From NCBI GenBank assembly GCA_030704615.1, contig CM060733.1, forward strand, positions 66,898,001 through 66,962,000: a stretch of DNA of 64,000 nt, given 5' to 3'. Source of the stretch: Takakia lepidozioides (lineage: Eukaryota; Plantae; Bryophyta). Below the pieces are notes generated by a model, which saw only the letters and a program-made list of their open reading frames with translations, had not been told where the DNA came from and did not search any database. Below, one piece after another: positions 36,241 to 48,535 of the stretch (the first letter of the stretch is position 1; every line of letters starts with the position of its first letter). The position numbers and the translations under genes are program-made.

Positions 36241-37179
36241 CCGCTCGCTCTAAGTCTGTTCACGCTACCGTGATGGGCAACTTTTTAAGTTTTTAAACCT
36301 TTTTGTAAACCCTAAAAGCCCCTCTTTGATTTTTTTTCTTTTTTTTCTTTTCTTAAAGGAAACCACAGGTCCTTGAGGAGGGGGGAAAATTCACCCGCCT
36401 TCATTTATGGGCCATAAGACGTACAGGACGATCAACGCCCAGACATACTGTCACGAACAATCCCACACACGGGATAAGGCAGCGGGTTTGAACCCCAAAC
36501 CACCAAGGCGACACACTGTGCACTTACCAGCCGATGTGTTTTTTTTTTTTTAAAAATTGCATTTTTTTTTTTTTAAATTGATTCTAGTGGTCAGAGTCTC
36601 CGTTTTTTCAAAATATAAATACTCATATATTATATATATAACCAGAAAAGCATGTGTTGACATGTGCAGTCATGTAGTGATTCATCCATGTGATGATCTG
36701 GCAGAATGCATTAGAGTGAGAGTCATGAAGTCATGTCTTTCTAGCAATATACACACGTCATTCTAGTGTAGCCATGACCGTGACTGGTAGTCATATCTGC
36801 CATGCCAATATTCGTGGTCAAACATGTTTGACCTGTGTTCCGCAGAGTCTGGAGCCATGCAGTCGCATATACGCCTTCCCCAGACCTGCATTATGACTTC
36901 AAAAAGCATTTTACGACTGCAAATGGCATTTCTGCCACAAATATGTCATGACTGCGCACCCATGGGAGTCGTAAAAGCCGCAATCTGTTGTAGTGAATGC
37001 ATGGGCAGATTTTGAGATCACAATCGCCACTCAGAACGTTGTTCTTTGCACCGGCATGGCATGTCAGCATGCATATCAGCCCAAACTCATTACTCTGTGA
37101 GCCTTCCACTGCCGGAGTGTGCCCATTCAAGCCAGATCTTCGAAACGCAGGGATGGAACGGGGTTTTGAAACCAGCATT

Positions 37180-38790
37180 GCCTAACTGGATACCCAATTC
37201 AGCTCCACATCCTGGTCCATTAATCTGCTGCACATTGTGAAGTTTTCTGCCCGTTCACCGCAAGTTGAATAAGGAGTATTCTTAAAACACGGGTACTCAT
37301 AATCTGAAAATGGCTCCAGCTTATGTTGCTTGAGTGCGAATATGAGTGTTGGTTGGTTTGGCCGCTTTACATCTGGTCCATCCCACTCGATATGATGAGC
37401 AGGTTCAGCTTGACTTCTCTCACACAAAAGAGGTTGGTTGTCTTGGGTCTTGGCAGGGTTTCCCACAACCGCCTTTCCTTTTCAGACTGCCAGTCATCAG
37501 CCTCGTTCTCCAATGCTTCACTTTCTTCCCAAGTGAAGTGCTCTCCTCTTTTATGCTTCAATGTCCATGCAGGTGTCTTTTCCTTCATCTCCCGTGGTGC
37601 TTTCGAATGAATGAGCACTGATTTACATCTGTTGGCAACACTTATGGTGTCCCTTTCCTTGCATGCCACTGCAGGCCCGCATTGACTTTCTTGGCAGGGA
37701 AGTCTCCTCCTTCTCCCTCATTTTCTGGCTCTGTTGGTGCCCCACTCACCATGCTATCAGGGCTGCACTTATTTTGTGGTGTTGCGCCAGCCAAGGGCGA
37801 TCTTTCACTGGTCCGATTGTTGGCAATAGCTGATTGGAGTCTTCTTGGTAGAGTCTCCCACGAGCTCCCATCAATTTCAGGCATCAGGTTTTCTACCCTG
37901 CCCTTCCACTTTTCATAAGCGAGGTGTCTGTCTTCCTCCCTTTCACTCTTCAGCGTCTCAGGCAGATTTTTCTTCATGCGATTGCTGCTCCCATACTTCC
38001 AGTCCTTGTTTAATTTTCTCCAGCCATCACCCTCAGATTTGACAAGGTATTGCTGCCCTTCCTTGTGTCTTTCCTCACTCCCAGCTGCTGGTTTTATCCC
38101 AGATTCACCTCTCATCCTTGCATGGGGTTTTGCTTGCCAAACAGCCCTTGTGTGGGGAACTTCAATGAAAGACAACATCTCATTCTCAGCTCCTGTCTTT
38201 GTATCTCTTTGCAGCAGTCCAGCCTCGGGTGCCTCACTTTCTGATTGCTGGGTTGCATTCTTCGCCGCCAACCTTTGACAGAAAGTGTGATCCATCTTCC
38301 TCATCTCCTACTGGTTCCCTTGATGCTTCACCTCGTATGTCTTCCTCCTCATGTTTTAGCAGCAGCTCCCATGCTTGAATTGCTACTTTTTCTCGTAGTT
38401 GATCTTGTGCTTTCCTTTTTCTCCGTAGCCTAATCAACAGTTTTGTCTTGGCAGCTCCCTTGCCATGAGTGCCTTGTCTCACTGCATCTCCCTTGGCTGC
38501 CCACCATCCGTGGAGTCTTTCTTGTACTATTCTGACCCTCGTTGGCATGCACTTTGCTGCGATGCCCCACATGTATTTGCTGCTCCCTTTAATCATCAAC
38601 ATAGTGCTCCAAAGCCAGTTCCTCATTGTTGACCAGTTGACCTTCTCAGCCCTTGGACCCCATTTTCCCTTCTCCCATGTTGCCTCGTCTTTCTGCTTCA
38701 TCGTTTGCTTTACTTGCACGATGTTGCTTCTTCCCTACAGCTCATCATGTGTTGTGGCTCTTTCCCATGTTGCACTCACTCCCATCACAC
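37180..38790 (-). other. Unidentified degenerate coding-like region (Lys/Glu/Trp-rich)
   Basis: Overlapping ORFs 38234..38719, 37642..38304, 37367..37669; WETLPR occurs twice. No family recognised. Confidence 0.3.
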
Positions 38791-38799
38791 GTTGTGCAG

Positions 38800-39830
38800 T
38801 TGATAAGACTGAGATGAGTTGTGGCAGATGTCATTATGAACAATACCCTTGTGGACAGGGAGTGTTCAACAATATGGCTGAGCGAAGGATAGAGTGTAAT
38901 GACTGCTAATGAAGGCTTCTTCAATTTCACCTTGTTTTCCCCTCTTATCATAATCGCCCCTAATTATTCATGTCTGAATTCTGCAAGTTAGCTGGTTGAG
39001 TGAAGCTTTGATAGTTTGGAGTGACTTTGACATGATTCTGCCAATGTGACAACAGGAAAGTATCAGAAACAGGTAACACAGACGAGGAGAAGTTGTGGAA
39101 TGAATATTTTTCTGACCCCAGTCAATGGTGGGACAATCGAGTCAAGAAGGTGAATGTTTGTTGTATTTTAGAGAGTAGCAGATGCAATTGAGCGTAGGAA
39201 CTAGTGTGATAAGTTGAGTTGGGTGCTTCCTAGAACAAGTCTAGGCTGTCATCGTCAACTGCTAGCAACAAGGCAAGGTTGTATGCATGATTCGTGCGAG
39301 GCATGGATAGTTGAAGGAGCAAGGATAGAGTGTGGGTGCAGATTCACCCAAGAGGGCCAGACTTCAAGCTCCAGATTAACTATGAAGCTACAAGAAACCT
39401 GCATGGGTAGATGGTCAACTGGCAGCAACGGCACAATTGATAAAATCAGACATTGTTAATGAAGGCATCTTCTTCAGCACATTTCACCCTGTTTTTCCCT
39501 CTTATTCCAGTCAATGATGGGACAACTGAGGCAAAAAGGTGAATGCCTGCTACATTTCAGAGAGTAGCAGACGCAATTGAGCATATGAACTAGTGTGATA
39601 AGCTGAGTTGGGTGTTTCCTAGAACAAATGTAGGTTGTCATTGTCAGCTACTAGCAGCAAGGCAAGGATGAATGCATGATTTGTGCAGGGGCATGGATAG
39701 CTGAAGGAGCAGGGATAGAGTGTGGTCCAGCTTCATCCTAGAGGGCCAAATTTCAAGCACAAGATTTACCTATGATTCCTTGTGGATCAATAACTACAAG
39801 AAACCTCCATGGGTAGATGGTCTATTCCGT
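38800..39830 (+). pseudogene. PPR fragment followed by OSB-type PDF-motif exons
   Basis: VFNNMAER at ~38862; DEEKLWNEYFSDPSQWWDNRVKK|gt at ~39081-39149; ag|IHPRGPDFK at ~39342; second copy LHPRGPNFKHK at ~39731. Confidence 0.75.
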
Positions 39831-41851
39831 GGAACTCACTGAAGTCTTGCATTATGAGGATCAGAACTGCTTGACTTGCACGAGGCCTTGACCCTTAGGC
39901 AATCCCCAGAGCAGCAGTAGCTTTTGGGCTGCTTTTTTACTTTGTGTTTTTTATTTTGTCCCATAAGCTCTTTGAGCTTTCCGCAGATGTAATAAAGTAC
40001 CATTTTGTTTCATTTCATTCATTTTCATTTCATTTTGTTTCATGGCATGTCTTTCATCGTTTGTGCATTTCTAATGCATGATAGGGGGAGGGCTTGCTGG
40101 TGTATGTTGTCCGATAGGCCCTATGCACAGAGTCAAAGCTGGAAGTCAGCCTTGCAAGGACCCAAGTGAGAGAAGTCTGGTGGGGGTAGCATCTTGGGGG
40201 ATGGCAGTTAGGGCAATGTGTGTCTAGGGCAGTTCTCTTGTATGGCATTATTAGTCGACTCACTACAAACACCAAAACTCCAAAGCATGAATCACTATGA
40301 ATGATTGTTCAAGTAATTTCGAGCACTTCATGTAAAGTAGTAAAGCAGTGGTTGCGCCAACTTCCGCAGTCGCAATTGCCACTGGGCATGTAGCACTGCA
40401 AGTTATGTGGTCTACTACCACGTGGCGCCCCGGGCCCGTGGCCACGTGGCAGCAGTGGTGCTCGTCGTGGCGCCGCCACGTCGACATCCACATCGTCGTC
40501 CACGTCCGCGTCCATGTGTCACCGCGCTTCAGTGAGTCGGTCCACTCATCCGGAGGGAAAAGTCAAAGTCAGCCCAAAAGGTCAGACACACGGGCGGCCC
40601 GCCTGGTTACGCCACGTGGTTCTTCAACATTAATCGCATTAATCGCATTAATCGCTGAGCAGTTGTTCGCGCGTCTGCGTCCTTTACCACTCCAATCATT
40701 GGATGTCCAACCCAACTACCACGTCTGTTGTAACTAGTCTGTTGTAACTTCCAGTCGATCCCAGTTTTTTGACTTTTACGACTCAAAATGAGTCGTTACC
40801 CCAGTGGTAAATGACACGAATGCTTCTAGTGGTGGGTGGGCCAAGCTGAAGATCTAAAATACCCGAGGGCATGAAAATGGCAGGCAAAGCAGCCAGCAGC
40901 ACGGGAGCAAAGCCCAACATAGAACCGCGTCCGGAAAGAGAGATGAGGTTTACTATTTCATGAGCAGAAACCATGAGCCATGAGCCATGAGCCGCATGAG
41001 CCGCATGAGCGGTGAGCCGAAATCTAAGATACGCGGTTTTCATGAGCGGACTTCTCCAAATTTGGAAATGCGGCAGATTAAAAAAGTATTAAAATACTAG
41101 TTTTTAATTTGACATTGCTGTTTTTGGAAGTTCCAGATCCTATAATGCGGCAAAGATATGTCGTGAGAAACAATTCCGCTCATGGTTTTGTAAATCTGCT
41201 CATGGAAAAAACTGACCGTGCAATGAGAAATCTAGTATACCACAGCAAAAGGACGCTGCATACTGGCGTGTATAGAGTATTCTGCGGTTTTATATGCCCT
41301 AACATTGGAATGAAGCTGACCCTTCTGTCACGATTGTATGATCCCCATGCAACAACACAGTCTGCAGTGCTTGAAAATTCTTGCTTCTTCCTGCATTCTA
41401 CGGGAAAGGTTTGCCACTCCACTAGGAAATGCGGTGCCGCATTACGGTTCGCACGTGCGAGAATTCTGAGGGGTTCAGTGTTCTCGACGGTCGGCGCCCT
41501 GAAGACTCGGTGCGATTATCTTACTATGACCAAGGCTGCAACTACCAGTACCTACTACGTTACTTGGAACTGCGGCGCCGCATTTTCTTGCCGGGGGTCG
41601 AATGAGATAAGCAAAGTTTGGGAGAGCAGAAAAACAAGAACCCCCAAAAAAAACAAAAATCCAGGCACGTGGAAACAGAAGGTAATGACATAGTATTATC
41701 TTAGTTTGACCAAAATAGGTTACTGGTAGACAAGACATAAGTCAAACCTTTCTGTAGCCAAAGTTAGAGGTACTTGCAGTAGTACAGTTCTACTATAACT
41801 GAAACTCCGAAAAGGATGGGCGTAACATGTCTTGTGCCCCGCAAGCCAAGC

Positions 41852-42700
41852 TCACTGGTCCCCTGGATCCATATTCAGAAGAGTGTACATCTCGTCGGGG
41901 CTCAACGCTAGTGCATGTATGAAGTGATGAGTTGTGGAATTGCACCAGAGGCTCTTTAGGTACACGTAGTACAGATGCTTGCAAGGGCAGTATGATGCCC
42001 CCTTCTTCGCCATGATCTGGAAGTCGGTGCAATTGCAGGTGGGTAATTCTGAAATGGTGATGGTGTACACCTCATTGCGGACAACTGAGCCTGCCGTGGC
42101 CATCTGATACACACGCCCGAAGCCTGGTGGGGGCATTTATGTTGAGCTCTGGATTGTATAGTTCATCCCAAGTGCATTCCCCATCCTTGTCTCGTTCACT
42201 TTTGAGGGAGGTCGCCGTCTCTTCGGTTTTCCCCAACGGTGTGTAGGATGCTTAGAGTTGTCACATACATTTGATCTTGCTCTCATAGGGGTCGGTGGTG
42301 GAGGCTGTGGAACCGGAAATGGTTGTCTGGGGACGTCAGTGCGCTGCACCATCCAAAATCCTGCTGCAGTAAGGGCGTCGGCCTCAACCTGACTCATATT
42401 GTATCCCGGTTCCACCAGCCACACCGGGGGAGCCTCTGGCACTGCTTGTATGCCGTACTTGGGCTTTCCATAGACACAAGTCATAATGTCATGCCTACAG
42501 AACCAGAACTGGGTCGTCGTCGCCTCCGCAAACTTTGCATGGACAAATCTTCCCGTGAAAGTAGGAGCAGGGACAACCCCAACTGGGTTCCTTCTTATCA
42601 TCTATCCACAATGTTGTCGTGTATCACTCGAATTGCAGAACACTTGCCTCATATGGGGTGCCGCAGACTGACACCGAATTTGATCCACTGAGGAGCGAGT
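41852..42700 (-). pseudogene. C-terminal remnant of the Mutator-like transposase (Cys-rich region and SWIM)
   Basis: FWFCRHDIMTC.YGKPKYGIQ and TCNCTDF...CPCKHLYY are collinear with 21250-22117. Confidence 0.88.
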
Positions 42701-42874
42701 ATGGGTGGATGTCAAGGGGACGGAACTCCGACGATGCATTTTCGTCCAGGCTGCCATCAACATGTACCCCTTCAGTGGATTTTGGGGAAGTGAGGTGGGC
42801 GGACTGCCATTCGAGCTTGCGGTGGGGACGGTCGTCCCCACTACCACTTACCGGTGCCTTCATGACAATGGGAC

Positions 42875-45800
42875 AGAAATGCCGCACCGCATATCCATTC
42901 GGACAGCCATACACCCTTGCCTTCATGACAGAGGGGACAGAAATGCGGTGCCGCATTTCCGTCCGGACTGCCATTAGACCTTGCCTTCATGACAATGGGG
43001 ACGGATATGCGGTGCCGCATTTCAGTCCCCACTACCAGTTACCCTTGCCTCCATAATAGTAGGACGGAAATGTGGCACAGCATTTCCGTCCCACCTACTA
43101 TACACCCTTGCCTTCATGACAGTAGGGACGGAAAATCGGTTTCGCATTTCCGTCCAGACTGCCCTGAGACCCTTCCTTCATGACATTGGGGACGGAAATG
43201 CGGTGCCGCATTTCCGTCCGGACTGCCATTGGACCTTGCCTTCATGACAGTGGGGACGGATGGAAATGCGGTGTCGCATTTCCGTCCTGATTGCCATTGG
43301 ACCTTGCCATCATTACAGTGGGGACGGACGGAAATGCTGCATTTCCGTCCGGACTGCCATTGGACCTTGCCTTCACTACAGTGGGGACGGAAACGCAGTG
43401 CCGCTTTTCCGTCCGGACTGCCGGAAGACCTTGCATTCATAACAGTGGGGACGCAAATGCGGTGCCGCATTTCGGCCGTCCCCACTACCAGTTACCCTTG
43501 CCTCCATAACAGTGGGATGGAAATGCGGTGCCGCATTTCGATCGCCACTACCAGTTACCCTTGCCTCCATGACAGTGTTCCGTCCCACCTGCCATACACC
43601 CATTGCCTTCTGGAAATGCGGCGCCGCATTTCTATCCAACGACGATGACTATAGAGAAAAAAAAAATAGGGTTCTGTTTTTCTTACCCGCCACCCCCTGT
43701 GGTCGGAAATGCGGCACCGCATTTCCATCCAACGGGTAGAGCTAGAAAAAACAAGGAAATTTTTTTTTTTTGATTTTTTTTTCTCTACCCCCTATAGGCC
43801 GAAATGCGGCGCCGCATTTCAATCCAGCGGCGATGAGAAGAGAAAAGAAAATGTTTTACGGTTATTTTTTTTCCCCCCCTCTACCCCCTGTTGTTGGAAA
43901 TGCGGCATCGCATTTCGATCCTGCGGGGATGACTAGAGAGGGCAAAAAAAAAACAAAAAAACAAACTTCATTTATTTATTTATTTTTTGCCTTTCACCCC
44001 TATGGACGCAAATGCGGCGCCGCATTTCAATCCAGCGGCGATGACAAGAGGAAAAAAAAGGTTAGGGTTATTGTTTGTCCTCTCTATTCCCCCTGTTGTT
44101 GGAAATGCGGCGCCGCATTCCATCCAGCGGGGATGACTAGAGAACAACCAAGAAAAAAAAAAAAAAAACCCACAATTTATTTTTTTTTTTTTTTTTTTTT
44201 TTTTCCCCACAGCCCCCCCCCACCGTATGGACGGAAATGCGGCGCCGCATTTCAATCCAGCGGCGATGACAAGAGGAAGAAAAACGGTTAGGGTTATTTT
44301 TTTCCCCCTTCTACCCCTTGTTGTTGGAAATGCGGCACCGCATTTCCATCCAGCGGGGATGACTAAAAAAGCTGGGGGGGGGGGGGGATTTTTTTTTGTC
44401 CCCACCCCTATGGACGGAAATGCGGCACCGCATTTCAATCCAGCGACGATGACAAGAGGAAAAAAAATGGTTAGGATTATTTTTTTCCCCCCTTCTATCC
44501 CCTGTTGTTGGAAATGCGGCGCCGCATTTCCATCCAGCGGGGATGACTAAGGGCAGACGGGGGTGGGGGCAAAAAATAAATAAATAAATAAATAAAAAAT
44601 TTGTCCCCACCCCTATGGGCGGAAATGCGGCGCCGCATTTCAATACAGCGGCGATGACAAGAGGAAAAAAACGGTTAGGGTTATTTTTTTTCCCCCTTCC
44701 ATCCCCTGTTGTTGGAAATGTGGCGCCGCATTTCCATCCAGCGGGGATGACTAGAGGGGGGCAGGGGAGGGGGGAAAAAACAAACAAAGAAAGAACAAAA
44801 ACTTTTTTTGTCCCCACCCCTATGGACGGAAATGCGGCGCCGCATTTCAATTTAGTGGCGATGACAAGAAAAAATAAAGTTAGGGTTGCTTTTTCCACCC
44901 CCCCCCCCCCCTCTACCCTCTGTTGTTGGAAATGCGGCGCCGCATTTCCATCTAGCGGGGATGACAAGAGAAAAAAAGAAAAAAAGATAAACTGAGAATT
45001 TTTTATTTCTTGTTTTCACCCCTTTCGGATGGAAATGCGGCACCGCATTTCAATCCAGCGGCGATGACTAGAGGAAAAACAATCAGGGGTTATTTCCCCC
45101 CTCCCCCCTGTGGTTGAAAATGCGGCGCCGCAATTACCATCCAGCGGGAATGACTAGAGGGGAAAAAAAAAAAACACCGTCAAACGACTTTCAAAGAGCA
45201 CGGGTGGATGGCAGTCGAGACGGAAATGCGGCACCGCATTTCCGTCCTGACTCACATCCCCCTTTGCACGATGATCATCATTTGGGGAAAAGAGGTGGGC
45301 GGGATGAACCTGGCGACGAAAATGCGCTGCCGCATTTTTGTCCGGACTGACACCTACCGATCACTTTATACCTAGTGGGACGGAAATGCGGCACCGCATT
45401 TCCATCCGGGTTCCCACTGAACCATGCCTTCCTACCATTGTGGATGGATATGTGGTGCCGCATTTCCGTCCTAACTGACACCTAAGCATCCTTGACACAT
45501 GGTGGGATGATAATCCGGTGCCGCATTTCCGTCCGGGCTCCCATTCCACCATGCATTTTTAACAGTCTGGACGGAAATGCGTTGCCGCATTTTCGTCCGG
45601 ACTGACACCTAAGCATCCCTTAACACCTGGTGGGACGGAAATACGGCGCCGCATTTCCGTTTGGGGTCCCACTGGACCATGCCTTTCTACCATTGTGGAT
45701 GGAAATGCGGTGCCGCATTTCCTAACTCACACCTAAGTATCCTTGATACATGGTGGGATGATAATCCGGTGCCGCATTTCCGTCCGGGCTCCCATTCCAC

Positions 45801-46370
45801 CATGCATTTTTAACAGTCTGGACGGAAATGCGGTGCAGCATTTCCGTCTGGGCTCCAACTGTACGATCCCTAAACAGATCCCCATCCAGACATTGCTTTC
45901 CCGAGAGTCTGGACGGAAACGCGCCACCGTATTTCCGTCCGGACTGATAGTGGACCATCCCTTCATTTTTGGTGGGACGGAAATGCGGTGCCGCATTTCC
46001 GTCTAGAAGACCACTTCAGTTTGCGTACTTGGCAGTTGAAGGGAAATGCGACGCCGCATTTCCGTCTGGACTGTCATTGTACATTTTCTTAATGACAGCT
46101 TCGACGGAATTGCGGTGCCGCATTCCAGGCCCGCTACCACTTACTCTGGCAGACAGGACAGCGAAACGGAAGTGTGGCACCGCATTCCCGTCGAACTTGC
46201 CAAACAACCTTTTCTTCATGATAGGATGGCCGCAAATCCAACCATCCAGCCTTACCATCCTGAGAATAGGGACGGAAAAGCGGTGCCGTATTTCCGTCCC
46301 AGCTGCCCTCCACGCTTGCCTTCAGTAAAGAGGGTTCACGAAGGGGACGGAAATGCGGTACCGCATTTAC
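42875..46370. repeat. Palindrome array B1: about 40 copies of (GGAC)GGAAATGCGGYRCCGCATTTCC(GTCC)
   Basis: ~62-65 bp spacing in 42.9-43.5 and 45.3-46.2 kb; ~85-130 bp spacing with homopolymer spacers in 43.6-45.1 kb. Confidence 0.97.
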
Positions 46371-46779
46371 CACTGACTGCCATCCTCCCTGGCATCTTTA
46401 TCCTCTTTCGTGATGAGTAGGGAGGTATCCTGATCGAACGGCCACTAATGCCGAATCGCATTTGGTCTGTTGACTCATAGAGGCTGAAATGGCAGTTGAA
46501 GGGGTCATTGCCAACACATATTCGGAGGCGGTAATGCCGGACCGTTGCATCATCACTGACTGTCCAACAGACACTAGACCTCTATTTCTTCGAATTCAAT
46601 TTTCCAGCGACGTAGGGGCCACCTGCCTCACGAGGAGACACGTAGGCCCTGACCTTTCGAATCCATACGGTGCATCTCCGCCGTTTGATGTCATCTTTCG
46701 CTGGTGACTCTTTCACTGCTCTAACACCCCTTCCAACACCATTCTTTGCCTCATTTCTTCTCTTTAGTTTCTCTTATGT

Positions 46780-48535
46780 TGCACAGCCTCATAGTGAGGT
46801 GGTGGAGGGATCGTAGGGCTCTGAAGACCCGCAGGACGAAAAGAGGAAGCTACTGCAGCCCGCACACACCCTCGACCTTCTAGCATGGGTCCTCCTGTCG
46901 GGCCTAACCTTGTGCGCTTCAAGGACGTGCTTTGGAAAGGTAAAGGTTTCAAGTCGAAAGCAGCAGAGAAAGAGGCAATTTGACGATGAAGATGATGGAG
47001 AGTCGCCAACATGGGTCGTCCCCTTCTCCAAAAAATTAAAGAGCATGAAGCATCAGGCGGTTGTTGAGGAATATACTACCCCATCGGATCAGTCCCCTTC
47101 CCCTACGAAGAGCAAGAAGTAGACGGGGCGGTGGAGAATCGGACGAGAACGGAGGAGTCCCCTTCCCTTGCAAAGAGTAAGAAGCAGAAGGGGGCGAAAG
47201 CAAGGGCAGAGCAGTCTCCAGCAAAACCCCTCCACATGTTGAAGCTCAGTTCTTGCAGGAGTTTCAGAAGGAAACCGGGGGCAACTCTGCAGAAGCTCGG
47301 GCAGCTGCTCCGATGACGATCTCTAGCACTCCTGTCCTGGTCGATCTTTCAGCGGATGAAGGTGTTGTTTCTTAACATGGGGAGCTCGACTTCTCCTACC
47401 TAGAATAGGACTTTCGTGACAATAGGGGAGGTATGGATGACTACATTCTCCCACATGATCTGCCCGGCTACATTCCCAAGAATACAGGCACGGCTCTGGG
47501 TGGTCCATCTGAACAGCCCCTTCCCCCACCCCCAAAAATGTCGCAAGAGGATTTTCAGAGTGCAGAGAATCAAATGTTGGAGGAGACTCACAGCAGCATT
47601 GGCAGAGTTCTTAGGACCAAGGTCTTCCCTTGCACACTGCGAATTCCACTCTGTCGAATGGTCTCCCTCCTGATAGTGAGGCTTGCTCTCGCAAGGGATG
47701 TGGATAAGATGAAGTTCGCATTCCAAGAAGGCTATTGGCTGGGGTCTGCCGCCTTCTATGTTTCCATTGAGAATGAGGAAGGTGGATCGCATGCCCGACA
47801 ACAGAAGAGTTAGCAGCCTAGGGTCCCCACTACCACACTCGCAACACGGAATTCAAAAAAATGCTGAAGGATGATGGCGGTGTTTGGTGGCCAGCCAAAA
47901 TCCCCTCTAACCCCTCTTACTATGAAAGCTGTGAAAACTGGCTCAGCAAAGAAGACACTCTTCAACCTCCCGGGGGGGCACCCGTGCGAGCTAGTGGAAA
48001 TGAAGGGCAGGCCAAAGTTGGAGCCAAAAACAGTGATTCAGTGTGCGAATGAGAGTTTTTTGAGGGCATTGGATGGCCGGCCGGCCGCCAAGTTAGCACA
48101 CATCAAGCAAATGGAAGGCCTGAAAGCCAAAGCTCTAAGGAAGGCGACTGCAGAAGAGCCTGTAGACACTCCAGGATTTGTAGCCATGATGGATTTCTTT
48201 GCAATGACAAGTGAAGGGAAGAATTGCATGAGGCGTGGAAAACGGACTGACTGGTCATTGATTTGATCATCTTTGGATATTCCAGATGGAGAGCCTCTGG
48301 AAGGACTGGATATTGTGCCCTCTTGGAGCAAGTATTTCTGAGGACTTTTGGAAGAAAGGGTTTGGGCTAGCCTGCATGGTATTGGATGACAAAGGTTGTG
48401 TGGTGGTCCTTGCCAGCAAAGGCAAAAACACAGAGGCGGGAATTGCCAAGTGGACCCGTAAGAGTGGCGTCCCAATTCTGAAGAAGATGTGGACCTGCAT
48501 CAACTCAATGGGCCTTCGCTCCAAGGGAAACCAGA
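46780..48535 (+). pseudogene. Internally deleted ParB-MTase-like gene (subfamily B)
   Basis: RIPLCRMVS...GY..GSAAFYVS matches 26575..26877, then jumps at ~47880 to TVIQCANESFL and LDIPDG (DIPD at 48276). Confidence 0.78.

Larger units (their letters stand above)
32163..36995. mobile_element. Non-autonomous CACTA element (4833 bp) with AAT TSD, carrying host gene fragments
   Basis: Left TIR CACTACAACAAATTGCGGCTTTTACG; right end CGTAAAAGCCGCAATCTGTTGTAGTG (25/26 inverted match); AAT on both flanks; no transposase inside. Confidence 0.92.

Noticed and set aside
40261-40280. CACTACAAAC as another CACTA terminus
   Set aside because: No matching inverted end found and no similarity to the 32163 TIR beyond CACTACAA.
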